Origin: a virus
Strand: one strand, 5' to 3'
Length of the DNA stretch: 52,139 bases
Virus record (IMG/VR): IMGVR_UViG_3300001598_000066
Coordinates: 1-52,139 of that record
Shown: piece after piece, positions 1-7,473 of the stretch
How the letters are laid out: every line of letters begins with the position of its first letter
Numbering within the stretch: position 1 is the stretch's first letter
Translations under genes and position numbers: made by a program
The notes under the pieces: model-generated
Seen by the model: only the letters and a program-made list of their open reading frames with translations
What the model was told of the DNA's origin: nothing
Database searches by the model: none

Positions 1-99
1 TAGGAAGATATAGATAGAAGGGTGGGTGCTTTGTTTGTTTGCCCCCCTGCCCTTCCTTTATAGAAAATCGTATAGTGGATATATGATTTTGGATATAGA
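1..99 (+). repeat. Terminal direct repeat, left copy
   Basis: 1-99 (taggaagatatagatagaagggtgggtgc...ggatataga) is identical to 52041-52139. Confidence 0.95.
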
Positions 100-196
100 G
101 CACAGCCTGTCAGGGGTGAGCCACCCACAGCCTACCGTATTCCCCTGCCACATAAACCCTGCACGCCTTGCAATTACTAGGCCTTCATCACTTCCT

Positions 197-270
197 GTGT
201 AGAAAGTTGGTTCATACGTAATAGAAGAAGTGTAGAAATCTTTCCAAAAAGTGGTTGCATTAGTGTAGAA
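197..270 (+). promoter_or_regulatory. Three phased GTGTAGAA direct repeats (operator-like)
   Basis: GTGTAGAA occurs at 197-204, 230-237 and 263-270, exactly 33 bp apart. The same core (GTGTAGAAATAATT) occurs in the immunity intergenic region at 14367-14380. Confidence 0.5.
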
Positions 271-283
271 GATAGTCTATGAT
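255..283 (+). promoter_or_regulatory. Candidate sigma-70-type promoter of the plus-strand island
   Basis: TTGCAT (255-260), 17-nt spacer, TATGAT (278-283). The third GTGTAGAA repeat lies in the spacer. The first gene starts at 352 behind GGGAGG. Confidence 0.35.
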
Positions 284-351
284 GTTGACAGATGGCCACG
301 TAAAAAGGTCTAGGGAATAACACAAATGTTATAGATAATAGGGAGGAAGTT

Positions 352-723
352 ATGAAGGAATTAAAAAAATTGGATGCAGGAGAACTGAGGAGCTTGTGCA
401 TTAGAGAGAACTGGTTTACCTGTGGCGACAATCGCCAGTACAGCAGAATGTTTGAGATGAATGATAGTGGAGCTTCCGTTGATGAGTTAGCACTTGTTAT
501 CAGCTTCTGCTCAAAGGACGTGAGTGTTGAGGAAGTAAAGGGAAAGCTGTTAGAGGAAATGGGACAGACCTATTACGAGGTTGAAGCGTTTATCACAGTA
601 AAGGCGAAGTATCAGATTAAGGCGAGTTCAGCAGAGCGTGCAGAGGAAATCGCACTTGAATGGTTGGCACAGGAAGATTTGAACGAGTTTGAAAGAGTTA
701 AAGATTGGTCGGTGACAATATGA
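352..723 (+). CDS. Hypothetical protein (123 aa), first gene of the plus-strand accessory island
   Basis: ORF with a GGGAGGAAG RBS. Its stop overlaps the next start (ATGA). Confidence 0.65.
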   Translation: MKELKKLDAGELRSLCIRENWFTCGDNRQYSRMFEMNDSGASVDELALVISFCSKDVSVEEVKGKLLEEMGQTYYEVEAFITVKAKYQIKASSAERAEEIALEWLAQEDLNEFERVKDWSVTI

Positions 724-839
724 AATTCAAGTTCTTTGGTAAGTGGTACAAGCTAAACGAGCGTGGGCAAAATATCCTGCTCGTCATAGCGTGGATAGTG
801 ATATTGCTTGGCACGGGATATGGTGCAGGAGGGTTATAG
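720..839 (+). CDS. Small membrane protein (39 aa)
   Basis: Hand-translated: MKFKFFGKWYKLNERGQNILLVIAWIVILLGTGYGAGGL. One hydrophobic helix. ATGA-coupled to the upstream ORF. Confidence 0.45.
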   Translation: MKFKFFGKWYKLNERGQNILLVIAWIVILLGTGYGAGGL

Positions 840-860
840 ATATGGAGCTTGAAATGTTTG

Positions 861-1022
861 ATGAAAAACAGCCTGATTTACTACTCATTCTATGGTGGCG
901 AGGGATTCTACAAGATTGAGCATAACTTCGCTACAAACGAGGAAAAACGCACTCCCTTGCGGTATTCCGTGCAGGACTTCCGCAAGGCACACGGAAACAA
1001 TTACAACTACTTCACAGGTTAG
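861..1022 (+). CDS. Hypothetical small protein (53 aa)
   Basis: Hand-translated: MKNSLIYYSFYGGEGFYKIEHNFATNEEKRTPLRYSVQDFRKAHGNNYNYFTG. Below the track cutoff. Confidence 0.4.
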   Translation: MKNSLIYYSFYGGEGFYKIEHNFATNEEKRTPLRYSVQDFRKAHGNNYNYFTG

Positions 1023-1034
1023 GAGGAAAACACA

Positions 1035-1196
1035 ATGAGTACAACCTACAAGGTAGTGACCGCAGACGGAACAGTTTGCGGTCAAAACTGCACAAGCGAA
1101 AAATCAGCTTGGTGGTTAATCGGTCAGTATGAGCAAGACGATAGAGAATGTGGCATTTTCCGCAGGGATTTTTACAAGGTAATCAAGGAGGCATAA
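1035..1196 (+). CDS. Hypothetical small protein (53 aa)
   Basis: Perfect AGGAGG RBS at 1021-1026. Translation: MSTTYKVVTADGTVCGQNCTSEKSAWWLIGQYEQDDRECGIFRRDFYKVIKEA. Confidence 0.55.
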   Translation: MSTTYKVVTADGTVCGQNCTSEKSAWWLIGQYEQDDRECGIFRRDFYKVIKEA

Positions 1197-1200
1197 GCAA

Positions 1201-1650
1201 ATGAATAGATACGATGAATTAAGAGCAAGACAACAGGAAACATTTAACAATCTGCCATTAGGCTACGCATACAGCCAAGAGCAATTAAACGAAGTTATGC
1301 GCAAGTGGGATTTATGCCACGGACTTGACGGCAAGCCAACCGAAAACGACTATAAGCAAATCATGCGCCTTACAACAGGAACGTTTCTTAAAAAGGTTGA
1401 CCGTGAACTGTTCCACGAAACAATGGCAAGACTTGATAAGGAAATGGAAGAAGCAATAGCAAGTGATACCACAGGCGATGGCTTTATCTACGAGATGTTC
1501 CTTTCAGAACTGAACAATCACGAGTTCGGGTATACGCGGGATACAGAGGACACATTAGATGCACTCGGATATACAGCAGAAGAAGTCGTTAATAATCCTG
1601 CACTCAATCACGGTATCGCAAAAGCAATGTTTACAAGAGCGGAGGTTTAG
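1201..1650 (+). CDS. Hypothetical protein (149 aa); resembles small proteins of Firmicutes conjugative elements
   Basis: RBS AAGGAGG. The recollected family pattern is ...F..LP..YAYS.EQ..E.M.K..L ... GDGFIYEMF..EL.NHE. Not verified by search. Confidence 0.6.
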   Translation: MNRYDELRARQQETFNNLPLGYAYSQEQLNEVMRKWDLCHGLDGKPTENDYKQIMRLTTGTFLKKVDRELFHETMARLDKEMEEAIASDTTGDGFIYEMFLSELNNHEFGYTRDTEDTLDALGYTAEEVVNNPALNHGIAKAMFTRAEV

Positions 1651-1653
1651 CAA

Positions 1654-1836
1654 ATGTATCAACGAAAAACGAAAGACGTATGGATACTGCAAGGATACTA
1701 CGCAGGATATTGGGAGGAGCTTTTCACCGAAGAATCCTACAAGGAAGCTAAAATCCAGCTCCGATGCTACAACGAAAACGAAGCTTACTACCCGCACCGG
1801 ATAATTAAAAAACGCATACCTCTTAACTCCATATAA
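1654..1836 (+). CDS. Hypothetical protein (60 aa)
   Basis: Tightly follows the previous gene (3-nt gap). A hairpin follows it. Confidence 0.55.
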   Translation: MYQRKTKDVWILQGYYAGYWEELFTEESYKEAKIQLRCYNENEAYYPHRIIKKRIPLNSI

Positions 1837-1849
1837 CCTTTCAGGATAT

Positions 1850-1876
1850 GGCAAGCAATAGCTTGCCTATTCCTTC
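1850..1876 (+). terminator. Hairpin, weak terminator-like
   Basis: GGCAAGC-AATA-GCTTGCC (1850-1867) followed by TATTCCTTC. Confidence 0.35.
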
Positions 1877-1984
1877 AAACTTTCAGGCGTTTCAAAACGT
1901 GTGAAAGCTTGAAGGAGTAATTTACCCAATTAGTTAAATATCTTTTGTTAAACAGGCGAAAAACAGCCACAGGAGGAAAGCAGA

Positions 1985-2313
1985 ATGAGGAAAATGAGTA
2001 AAAGAGAGCAAGCGCTACGGACAATGCAGTTGTGTACTGATGATAAAGGCGTAGAGTATTTGTTCTATCATAGTGCTTTTGGTGATGTTAGGGATTACTC
2101 ACCCAAGTCATTGATAAGAGTGCAAGCTCACCACAGCTTGCATACGACATTTTAACGCAAGTCTTTTGTCAAGATAGCGAACCAAACCACATAAGTAAAG
2201 TATGGGGTTGGGAATATAAGAAGTATGGCAATTTTGCCACTATATTTATGACCTACTATCCGTTAAAGGACGGAAGTGGATGGGTATATCATTGGAAAAG
2301 CATTGATTTATAA
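1985..2313 (+). pseudogene. Split or frameshifted small ORF
   Basis: An ATG ORF (1985-2155, 56 aa, RBS GGAGGAAAG) overlaps a 74-codon open frame that has no start codon and ends at 2313 (...VWGWEYKKYGNFATIFMTYYPLKDGSGWVYHWKSIDL). Confidence 0.3.
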
Positions 2314-2376
2314 GGAGCGAAAATGGATGAATACGCAAGCATTTATCCTAAATGGATGGAAATATAGGAGGTATAA

Positions 2377-2772
2377 ATGAAAGACGGAAGAACAGCAATT
2401 AGACTGACGGGCGAGGTATTGAATAGAGTAAAACGGCTTGCCGAATCAACAGGCAGAACGTACTGTGCCGAAATAGATGTACTATTAAGTGAAGCAACAG
2501 GCTTCATTCAGCCATATCCTGTCATAGTAAAATCCGGCAATGAATTTATATGGCTCTCCCCTGCCGGTTTTTACGGAAAGGTAAACAAGCAAGTTTACAG
2601 ACGATTTATGGGTGGCGGATTGCCAATATCGGGTGAACGTTGGGATGATACATTTGCCACGCTGAGCGAGGCGGTTTTAGGTCTCGGAACGGCAGTCTGC
2701 AAGCAAGCTACACTTGGCTTAATGGTTGAAGAACCTGACTTATTCACAGAGCTACATACACAATTCAAATAA
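2377..2772 (+). CDS. Ribbon-helix-helix-like DNA-binding protein (131 aa)
   Basis: RBS AGGAGG. The N-terminus TAIRLTGEVLNRVKRLAESTGRT fits a CopG/Arc-type RHH beta-strand plus helix pattern. Confidence 0.5.
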   Translation: MKDGRTAIRLTGEVLNRVKRLAESTGRTYCAEIDVLLSEATGFIQPYPVIVKSGNEFIWLSPAGFYGKVNKQVYRRFMGGGLPISGERWDDTFATLSEAVLGLGTAVCKQATLGLMVEEPDLFTELHTQFK

Positions 2773-2778
2773 AAAAGA

Positions 2779-2808
2779 CGGAGGCGTAAAAACCTCCGCT
2801 TTATTTTG
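2779..2808 (+). terminator. Rho-independent terminator
   Basis: CGGAGG-CGTAAAAA-CCTCCG followed by CTTTATTTTGT. Confidence 0.75.
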
Positions 2809-2810
2809 TA

Positions 2811-2845
2811 AAGAAAGGGCAAGCGCCAAGGTCACACGCTTGCTC
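2811..2845 (-). terminator. Rho-independent terminator for the convergent minus-strand early operon
   Basis: GCAAGCG/CGCTTGC stem (2819-2843) with a T-rich tract on the minus strand (CCCTTTCTT). Confidence 0.55.
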
Positions 2846-2919
2846 TTTCCATCTCATCTACTCACATAGAAAGGATTACGGGTTGACATATATTAGAACG
2901 ACATTCTAATTTTGTAAAG

Positions 2920-3366
2920 CTATTTTATTTGTTTATGAAGATAATAGAGTATCTGATTAAGGTATGTTGACTTGGCGTGATTAAAGGATGATGGTTTAAT
3001 CTGAGTATCTTTAAGCAATTTATATGCTTCATCACGTTTCCGATTTAGGCTCATATACAATGCTTGGATAAGCAAGTCTCCATCTTCTTCACGGAACATG
3101 TCACGGATATATTGCCCTGCCCATTCCACGGCTGCGATACATTCCATTTCTGCATCACGCTCTAGTTCTATTCGCTCCATTCGTATCGCCTTGCTAGATA
3201 CAGGGTCGGTTATTCCTGTTCCGTGTGGCATTCCGTCCACATCAGAGCTTGACCGGATTGACTCAGCTATCGCTTCAATACTTTCATTCAGGAGCTTTAC
3301 CTTGTCTTTCCTTGCTTCATTGGATAAAGCAATTCCAATGGCAATCATTTTAAGTCCGTTTACCAT
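2920..3366 (-). CDS. ArpU-family late transcriptional regulator (148 aa from the internal start)
   Basis: The motif ...SSSDVDGMPHGTGITDPVSSKAI..ERIELERDAE..IAAVEWA... matches the ArpU pattern. Start chosen at 3366, 6 nt after GGGAGG. Confidence 0.55.
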   Translation of the reverse strand: MVNGLKMIAIGIALSNEARKDKVKLLNESIEAIAESIRSSSDVDGMPHGTGITDPVSSKAIRMERIELERDAEMECIAAVEWAGQYIRDMFREEDGDLLIQALYMSLNRKRDEAYKLLKDTQIKPSSFNHAKSTYLNQILYYLHKQIK

Positions 3367-3532
3367 TCTCATCCTCCCACGCTCTCTTAGCATCATTCCA
3401 CATCCAGCGTTTGCCTGCTTTGTAAAATGGGCAAGCCTTCTTTGTATATGGCTCACCATCAAGCACTATACATTTCTGCCTTCTATTTCCGAAGCAGTCT
3501 GTTTTTTCGCAGAGCATACATCTTCCTCCCAT
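3350..3532 (-). CDS. Small Cys-rich protein (60 aa)
   Basis: CxxC...C motifs. It overlaps both neighbours, so it may be spurious. Confidence 0.3.
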   Translation of the reverse strand: MGGRCMLCEKTDCFGNRRQKCIVLDGEPYTKKACPFYKAGKRWMWNDAKRAWEDENGKRT

Positions 3533-3813
3533 TCAATATCAATTAAGAACGCACCATTACATACGCAATGCCACAAATGCGGAAGCCAACTTTCTTCATC
3601 TACTCCATATGGGTCAGCAAGATATTTGAGCAAGTGGCGATACATTGCATCTCTATATCGCTGAACTTCAACCCTTTTCCAAGAATCACTATCCCCATAC
3701 TTGGAAACACCAAACCCACGTATTCTTGCCACTGCTTCAATCAGCTTTAATGGAACAAGTGTTGGCCTAAACTTCCCCTTGTCAGCTTTGATTGAATAAT
3801 CCACTTCGTTCAT
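3466..3813 (-). CDS. dATP/dGTP diphosphohydrolase N-terminal-domain (DUF5664-like) protein
   Basis: DKGKFRPTLVPLKLIEAVARIRGFGVSKYGDSDSWKR...YRDAMYRHLLKYL...DEESWLPHLWHCVCNGAFL matches the family consensus D.GK....L.P...l..va.v..fG..KY...NW..G......l.Aa.RH......G...D.ESGl.Hl.H. Confidence 0.6.
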   Translation of the reverse strand: MNEVDYSIKADKGKFRPTLVPLKLIEAVARIRGFGVSKYGDSDSWKRVEVQRYRDAMYRHLLKYLADPYGVDEESWLPHLWHCVCNGAFLIDIEWEEDVCSAKKQTASEIEGRNV

Positions 3814-3829
3814 TTCAAACCTCCGTTAT

Positions 3830-4006
3830 CTACCCCATAAATGCAGGCAATGTCCTGACCGATTGAGAATTGTTTACCATCTGCTTTGCTATCTTCGCCA
3901 CATATTCAGCGTTTTCAAGTATCTTTTTCCTTTCGCTACCAGATACATTTGAATTAATCTGAGATAAGATATTCCCTAAAACATTCTGCATTTCAATCAT
4001 TGTCAT
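3830..4006 (-). CDS. Hypothetical protein
   Basis: ORF. Start moved to the ATG at 4006 to avoid a long overlap with the upstream ORF. Confidence 0.45.
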   Translation of the reverse strand: MTMIEMQNVLGNILSQINSNVSGSERKKILENAEYVAKIAKQMVNNSQSVRTLPAFMG

Positions 4007-4244
4007 TTTCAATTTCCTCCAAACATTTTTCGCTATGGTTGCATTTACCCAAACTGACACACTCGTTTTCACAACAGATTTTTGCTACCTCGCTCATTAC
4101 ATGAAAGTTTTTAGCCCCTGTTTGTTCGTATAAATCCATGCTAACCTCCTTTATTGCTTCTAAAACCTCTCGAACGTTTACATCTTTAGTTGTTTTTCCG
4201 AATCTCTGCATCAAATATGCGTCTGCTAATAAGTTTTTATCCAT
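3993..4244 (-). CDS. Hypothetical protein
   Basis: ORF. Start at 4244, 6 nt after AAAGGAA. Confidence 0.5.
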   Translation of the reverse strand: MDKNLLADAYLMQRFGKTTKDVNVREVLEAIKEVSMDLYEQTGAKNFHVMSEVAKICCENECVSLGKCNHSEKCLEEIENDND

Positions 4245-4371
4245 TTTCATTTCCTTTCTGGAGTTACCTCTCCAACAGTCATATGACATTTCATGGATAA
4301 TTTGAGCGGTAAAATCGAAAAGTTATTTATTCGATTACACTCCAGTCTTGGAGTTGCCCACAGCATAAGCA

Positions 4372-4608
4372 TTAGTCATCATCTTTTGAATACCATTCCT
4401 CGCAACAAATATCATTTGTACGCAAATCTTCATCAATTAATAAATTTCCAATTTTACACCCATTAAGATATGCACAGTTTTCACAACTTCTGTTTATTTT
4501 TTTAAGTGCTTCCAGAGCCTTCTCAAACGCTTTCCTTTGCGTTGTATTCTCTCCGCATTGTGTTGCAAGTCTGTGTTTGAAATATTGAATTGCATCTTCG
4601 TTAGTCAT
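4372..4608 (-). CDS. Hypothetical Cys-rich protein (78 aa)
   Basis: ORF containing CENCAYLNGC...CC motifs. Confidence 0.5.
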   Translation of the reverse strand: MTNEDAIQYFKHRLATQCGENTTQRKAFEKALEALKKINRSCENCAYLNGCKIGNLLIDEDLRTNDICCEEWYSKDDD

Positions 4609-4626
4609 ATCGTGCCTCCATTCGTT

Positions 4627-5103
4627 TCATTTTCTTGCTCCTTTCGTTGCTCTGAGCCTATTCTTTACGACTTCGAAGTCCTCCTCCTCGGCCCATTCAG
4701 GAACCGCATACCCAGCCGCCTCAAGTTCCTTTGCGCAATCCTCAAAAGAGAACTGCTCAAGACCGACATCATTGATGACATTCTGCATTGATTCGGAAAG
4801 TTCTGCCATGAATGAGCCTATTGCTCTTGCGCCAAGATGTTTTGATATTATTCGCATCGCGGCTACATAGAATCCAACGGATAGGCGAGGAATGACATAT
4901 TGGTTCCAAGTCGCTACCCATGTTTCCCAATTATCCACAAGTGCATCGTTCTTGGCCTCAATTTCTGCGGTAAGTTCAGCCGCCTGTTTTCTCATATCGC
5001 TTTGAATGAGTTCCAGCTCCTTGACGGTGTATTTCCGTTGCTTGGCATTCTCTTTAGCGTGCTTGCGAGCAAGTTTTTCTTTAGCGTGCTTGGTCACTAC
5101 CAT
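4627..5103 (-). CDS. Hypothetical protein (158 aa)
   Basis: ORF with a basic coiled-coil N-terminus. Confidence 0.6.
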   Translation of the reverse strand: MVVTKHAKEKLARKHAKENAKQRKYTVKELELIQSDMRKQAAELTAEIEAKNDALVDNWETWVATWNQYVIPRLSVGFYVAAMRIISKHLGARAIGSFMAELSESMQNVINDVGLEQFSFEDCAKELEAAGYAVPEWAEEEDFEVVKNRLRATKGARK

Positions 5104-5245
5104 ACTCCTTTGTTTCTAAAATATCTTTAAGCCTAATAATTACTAACTCCTCGGTAAAATAGTTCGCCTGTGGGTTATTTTTCCGCTTTTCAGCGCATTT
5201 CGCCAAGTCATTGATAAGAAGTTCAATTTTCTCTTTTGTGTTCAT
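5081..5245 (-). CDS. Hypothetical small protein (54 aa)
   Basis: Hand-translated: MNTKEKIELLINDLAKCAEKRKNNPQANYFTEELVIIRLKDILETKEYGSDQAR. ATGA-coupled to the upstream ORF. Confidence 0.4.
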   Translation of the reverse strand: MNTKEKIELLINDLAKCAEKRKNNPQANYFTEELVIIRLKDILETKEYGSDQAR

Positions 5246-5490
5246 AAATCAATGATTTCTCCCCATAAGAGTGCTTGACCGCAATCCTTGCAATATGGAA
5301 CTTCGTATCCAGCATCACTCTTTGAAATGAAACTCCCACAAACAGGACAATCTCCATCATTGACTTTCTGCGGTATCTGCTTTCCTAATGCTTTTATAAT
5401 TACAGGCACATCGCATATATCGCATAGGTGAGAATCTTTGCAATTAGCACAACGACCTTTGGCAATTTTTAATACTTCTGAATTAGTCAT
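5242..5490 (-). CDS. Zinc-ribbon protein (82 aa)
   Basis: CANC...CDIC and CPVC...CKDC pairs. Confidence 0.55.
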   Translation of the reverse strand: MTNSEVLKIAKGRCANCKDSHLCDICDVPVIIKALGKQIPQKVNDGDCPVCGSFISKSDAGYEVPYCKDCGQALLWGEIIDL

Positions 5491-5638
5491 TGTCTGCCTC
5501 CATATAAGACTGTGCGGAATCGTATATTAGCCTTATCAGTTCATATTCGCTTACAGCGTTAAATTCCAAGTCGCACTTGTTAACTATCCACGCTACAAGG
5601 AATTGCACATAACCTTTAATGGCTTCATTTTTTGTCAT
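5483..5638 (-). CDS. Hypothetical small protein (51 aa)
   Basis: Start at 5638 behind AAGGAGG. Confidence 0.45.
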   Translation of the reverse strand: MTKNEAIKGYVQFLVAWIVNKCDLEFNAVSEYELIRLIYDSAQSYMEADND

Positions 5639-5777
5639 TGTCTGCCTCCTTCTTAATACAGTTGGCATCCTCCTCTAAATAAAGAGCTCCCTTGTCTGTC
5701 ATAACCGGTATTAACTTGGCACCATTCAGGCTATAAAAGCTGTATTTCTTTCCGTTCTTATCTTTAAGTTGAAGCAT
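5625..5777 (-). CDS. Hypothetical small protein (50 aa)
   Basis: Hand-translated: MLQLKDKNGKKYSFYSLNGAKLIPVMTDKGALYLEEDANCIKKEADNDKK. It fills an otherwise non-coding gap. Confidence 0.4.
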   Translation of the reverse strand: MLQLKDKNGKKYSFYSLNGAKLIPVMTDKGALYLEEDANCIKKEADNDKK

Positions 5778-6027
5778 TTTTATCTCCCTTTAATATGCCA
5801 TCTAACGCCCTCATCACGATGCTTATAAAAGCATCAGCGATAGGCTGTGTATCAATATCAACCTCACCGAATGCCCAGTCAATCATCCCTGCCATTCCCT
5901 TACGAATGTCATCCTTGTAATCCTGTGGGTCTATTAGGCTTATAGCTTCTTTGATTTTAGAAAATGCAACAACTGATAGTTCTTTCTTCTGCTCCTTTGT
6001 GAGCAGGTCAAATAATTCATGGTACAT
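5764..6027 (-). CDS. Hypothetical protein (87 aa)
   Basis: ORF in the operon context. Confidence 0.55.
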   Translation of the reverse strand: MYHELFDLLTKEQKKELSVVAFSKIKEAISLIDPQDYKDDIRKGMAGMIDWAFGEVDIDTQPIADAFISIVMRALDGILKGDKNAST

Positions 6028-6032
6028 TTTCG

Positions 6033-6707
6033 TTACCCTCTCTTCTCTTTCAACATTTTGGCGTCATCTAATACACGTTTTGTTGATTCTCTTGTTGGAG
6101 CGTCAATTCTAAATTCCACAGCATTCTCCATCTTGAACACTCTGCATCCCTTGCCGACTATCAGTTCTGCGTGCGGTAATCCTTCTATCCAATCACAAAC
6201 AACCTTCCAGTCTGGGAGTCTATGCGACCTACGCTGATTGTAGATTGTTTTAAGCTGTTGGTAGTTAGTGACTATACCAGCTGTCATTTCTATTCCAGAT
6301 GGAATGTTATAAAGTAATCTCAGATAGTTCTCGGATGTAGGGTTGTCATTGTAGGCAAATCGTAGTATCTCAACAGTTGCTTTAATATCACTTGACACAT
6401 ATTTATTACAGCAATCCCATATATTCATCTGAGCTATTTTGTGCATTGTACTTTGAGAGCTGACTATATCAAGAAAGTGATAACGTTCAGCTTCAACCCA
6501 CGCTTTATTACTGAGTGTCCAATCTGCCATTACAACAATTCCTTTGAGCGCATTGTCGTGCCCTGAACCTGTTGGAGCTTGCAAGCAATCTTGTATTCCT
6601 GTTGTCAAATCATTGTTGAGCTTGTCAAGCGCAACTGATTTAGGGTATTTGGCTGTCTTAAATACTCGGTCAAGACCAAAGACCTGCGTATTACTTATCT
6701 TCGCCAT
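6033..6707 (-). CDS. ThyX-like (flavin-dependent thymidylate synthase-like) protein, divergent
   Basis: WVEAERYHFLDIVSSQS and TNYQQLKTIYNQRRSHRLPDW loosely parallel the ThyX segments W.RHR..S...S.R and N.R.L..F..LR....AQ.E. The canonical RHRxxSxxxxSxR motif is not intact. Confidence 0.3.
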   Translation of the reverse strand: MAKISNTQVFGLDRVFKTAKYPKSVALDKLNNDLTTGIQDCLQAPTGSGHDNALKGIVVMADWTLSNKAWVEAERYHFLDIVSSQSTMHKIAQMNIWDCCNKYVSSDIKATVEILRFAYNDNPTSENYLRLLYNIPSGIEMTAGIVTNYQQLKTIYNQRRSHRLPDWKVVCDWIEGLPHAELIVGKGCRVFKMENAVEFRIDAPTRESTKRVLDDAKMLKEKRG

Positions 6708-6954
6708 ATTTAACCTCTTCTTTTGCAGTCCACTTGGAGCAAAACTCATAACCGGCAAAGTCGTGCGAGTCACCATAACGCTTGCAAATCATTACATCGT
6801 AGTACGGCTTCCACCAACGACAGGTTGAGCAAGTTTTAGGCTTAGTTTCAAGAGCATTGATTGCGACATCTATTGCTTCGCACAACTTTGCCCTCCCAAA
6901 GAATGTAAGTTCCTTTGCGTCAGTTAAACGCTGTATAGCTTCATCAACTTTCAT
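6691..6954 (-). CDS. Hypothetical Cys-rich protein (87 aa)
   Basis: ORF containing CSTCRWW...C. Confidence 0.5.
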   Translation of the reverse strand: MKVDEAIQRLTDAKELTFFGRAKLCEAIDVAINALETKPKTCSTCRWWKPYYDVMICKRYGDSHDFAGYEFCSKWTAKEEVKYGEDK

Positions 6955-7118
6955 TCGTTATACTTCCCTTCCGTATCACTATTGCCACATTCAGGGCACT
7001 TCAACCAATCTTCTAAAAGAACTTTCCTCACATCATCAGCAGAGTACTCAAATCTGCATCCGCACTTCGGGCATCTTGCTATCCTATGGCACATTCCGTG
7101 CTGAATAACCTTAATCAT
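6951..7118 (-). CDS. Zinc-ribbon protein (55 aa from the internal start)
   Basis: CPKCGC...CPECG. Start at 7118, immediately after the upstream stop. Confidence 0.5.
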   Translation of the reverse strand: MIKVIQHGMCHRIARCPKCGCRFEYSADDVRKVLLEDWLKCPECGNSDTEGKYNE

Positions 7119-7119
7119 C

Positions 7120-7473
7120 TTACACCAACCAATCTGAGTCATCGCTCCAACGACAGCCATCGCAAGCTCCGTTATGAGCATCTAAATAGTTCTTGCACTT
7201 AACGCACAGCTCATTCCTCGCATCCACTAGATTATGTCGCAGCACATCAAGTTTCTGGCCATCTTTCTCCAACATTTCAAACAACGTATTTTTAACATTC
7301 ATTTGCTCTTGCAGGTTTCTGACCTGCTCCACCAATATTTCAATTCTGTCCATAAAACGCCTTCCACATTTCTTCGCACTTCTTACGATAGCGTTTGCGA
7401 TGGGAAGCGTTGTTTGCTTCCCTTCGCTTACGTGCCTTGTATTCCATGTACTTGGATTTATACCACTCATCAC
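7120..7473 (-). CDS. Hypothetical protein (117 aa)
   Basis: ORF with a coiled coil plus a CVKC...CDGC tail. Confidence 0.55.
   Translation of the reverse strand: MMSGINPSTWNTRHVSEGKQTTLPIANAIVRSAKKCGRRFMDRIEILVEQVRNLQEQMNVKNTLFEMLEKDGQKLDVLRHNLVDARNELCVKCKNYLDAHNGACDGCRWSDDSDWLV

Noticed and set aside
2884-2912. A TTGACA-16-TCTAAT promoter-like match on the plus strand.
   Set aside because: It would fire antisense into the ArpU-like gene with no downstream plus-strand ORF. A single match in AT-rich DNA is weak evidence.
3098-3664. A 188-aa plus-strand ORF.
   Set aside because: It is antisense to three coupled minus-strand genes (ArpU-like, Cys-rich and diphosphohydrolase-like). Its sequence is Ser/Ile-rich and low-complexity.
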